A stretch of DNA of 64,000 bases, taken from assembly GCA_965153285.1 (NCBI GenBank), contig OZ229114.1. One strand, written 5' to 3'. The stretch is from Podarcis tiliguerta. Lineage: Eukaryota. Shown here in pieces: positions 62,080-64,000 of the stretch. A program made the translations under genes and the position numbers. Each line of letters opens with the position of its first letter. Position 1 is the stretch's first letter. The notes below the pieces were generated by a model, which saw only the letters and a list, made by a program, of their open reading frames with translations, was not told the origin of the DNA and did not search any database.

Positions 62080-62563
62080 CACACCTGTGAGCAGTCCCGA
62101 TTTGACCGGGACACCCCAGAATTAAAGAAGCCATCCTAGCTTCTGATTGGATGTCCCATTTTCAGTGCTGAGTTCTTCCACGAGTCAGCTGACTCCCGCG
62201 AGAGCTTGGCACCAAAAGATGCACATCTTGCACATGAAAGCAGGCACCCAAGTCGGAGCCCATGGAGGTGGAGCAGAGGGAGTTTCTGGTGGTGCAAGCA
62301 AGGCTGCCACCACTGGCCTCAGAGGCCATGTCTCCTCTGCCTGATACCACCCGCACCAGAGGAAGAGAAGAAGACAACAAAGACGAGGATGGCAATGGGG
62401 AAGAGGAGGAGGAGAAGGAACTGGAGGTACCGGTCTGGCACTCACTGAAGGAGCTGCCACCGGTAACAGAGACAGGGGCTGGGAAGCCCCAGCTGGCTAA
62501 CATGGGGAAGTGGCAGCAAAAGATACATGTCCCAAATTAATCAGCAGAATGTGGGTGGGTAGT
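62080..62563. mobile_element. GC-rich MITE-like element with gtccc/gggac subterminal motifs
   Basis: cacacctg..gtcccgatttgaccgggac ... gtcccaaatt..gtgggtgggta; ends resemble 24421-24610. Confidence 0.45.
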
Positions 62564-64000
62564 CAGAACTACACTGCAAAACTGGGAGACGTATGGAGGC
62601 CAGCTGTGTTGTGGTTCACATACTGTTTTGGGAAGTATGAATGAGGTAGGCTGGTATGAAAATTTGAACCAAACAATTTTCTTCCCTGCTTATTCTTGTA
62701 TGCCGTTGCCTCTCAGAACTGAAACACACAATGAGCAAGCCTCACATGCTGCAGCTATCGCTGGGCCACACCATTCCAACTGCGAGCGGGGTGTGGGGTG
62801 CGAAGTCTTTCAACAATCCTCCATAAACGCACACAAACCCTGCACGTAATGAAGCTAGCATGTCACTCAAGCATTTCGGTTTTATACATGCAGGTGGTTG
62901 TACTAGGGAGGCATTCAAACATATCGTTCCCCATCCGAAGTGGTACTGCCCAGCAAGATATGCATTGTACCAGGTTGCTGATAATGTAGTTTGCCTTTAA
63001 AAATAAGCTTTGAGAGACAATCACTTTCACCCCAGACAAACCCACCACTAACACCTCTATTCAAACCCTCACTTCCTGCTCTTGCCTAGGACACAGCAAA
63101 CCCTCCTGAGGTCGATGAGGGTGTTTAGACATCATCTGCAGTGCACCTGGGGAACAGAGTGTAACTCTAGGAATGGAAGCCTGACTGAAATCAGTATCAA
63201 TTTAAGGACTTCCTACAAAATCAGTACATATTAAGGGCAGCTGCATAAATCAGCTTAGCTTTACAGAAGGCTTCATAACTGTATTATTTAATGTAATAAT
63301 AACCTTGTCCTTTCTCTGTGGGAATGAAGTAAGTGGACATACATTTTCACTATATATCCCACTATATTTTGATCCTGAAAACAATATAACTTTTTTATTT
63401 TACATGCTACACCTTAAGAACAATCTTGTACAACAAACTAAATTTATATTTTCATATAAATTGTAACTCATTTTCAACACCATTTCCTATTATAATATTT
63501 ATATTTTAATGCTCTCTCATAAATGGTTTTAATTTTGGTCTAGTTATAGTAGTCCATTTCCTTCATGAAGCTAATCCATGGTGTTTTAGCAAATGATAGG
63601 TTTTGCCTGTAAATAAATCATGATTCAATTCCCTCAATGCAATTAATTCCACATTCTTATTCCAATATTATAGCTTCTAGTGATCGTCCAGCAAATACTA
63701 TTGCATACGCTCATTAGCTTTCTTTTCATTTTACAGTATACGATCATTATCTCCTAGGAGGCAAACTAACCACTGTTTGTCCCTAATCACTATTGAATCT
63801 AACTATTCTATTTTCTGTGTTGTAATTCTTACCACTGGAAAGCACCTGTGCCTCCAAGACGTCATCTGACAAACTGGGAAACTTTATTCAGGTTTCTTCA
63901 TTTACCCACAAGAAGGATGAAATTGCCATTTGAATCAGAGCTCTTATTCTAATCCTAACATCCCATCTTCCTTTGTTATATGATCTAAGGGCATCTTGTA

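Noticed and set aside
62642-62660. let-7-like TGAGGTAGGCTGGTATG
   Set aside because: Seed-only match with no complementary arm

Overview
Vertebrate genomic DNA, AT-rich and non-coding, from a draft assembly with three N-gaps. The repeat complement includes three Sauria SINEs with lacertid-like sequence, other squamate SINEs, CR1/L2/Rex1/L1 relics, TA-targeting Tc1/mariner-type MITEs, hAT and Harbinger-like MITEs and solo LTRs. This points to a squamate, probably a lacertid lizard (inference). I find no convincing host protein-coding gene, rRNA/tRNA gene or CRISPR array. The supplied ORFs are chance frames, microsatellite or gap artefacts, or TE relics. The main signal the repeats do not explain is a set of TE-poor, conserved-looking blocks (about 0.4-3.2, 6.3-7.8, 16.2-17.5 and 30.7-32.7 kb). 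Three of these carry a coherent series of minus-strand splice sites and short ORFs, and there is one antisense exon candidate. This fits the multi-promoter 5' leader of a large regulatory gene or a conserved spliced lncRNA, but I could not name it. Other items worth checking: a miR-9-complementary site, a three-level nested transposon, an L1 keeping only its 5'UTR and ORF1, and five MITEs with shared termini. I cannot show a previously undescribed biological system from sequence alone. Family names come from my recollection of consensus sequences and were not checked by a database search.
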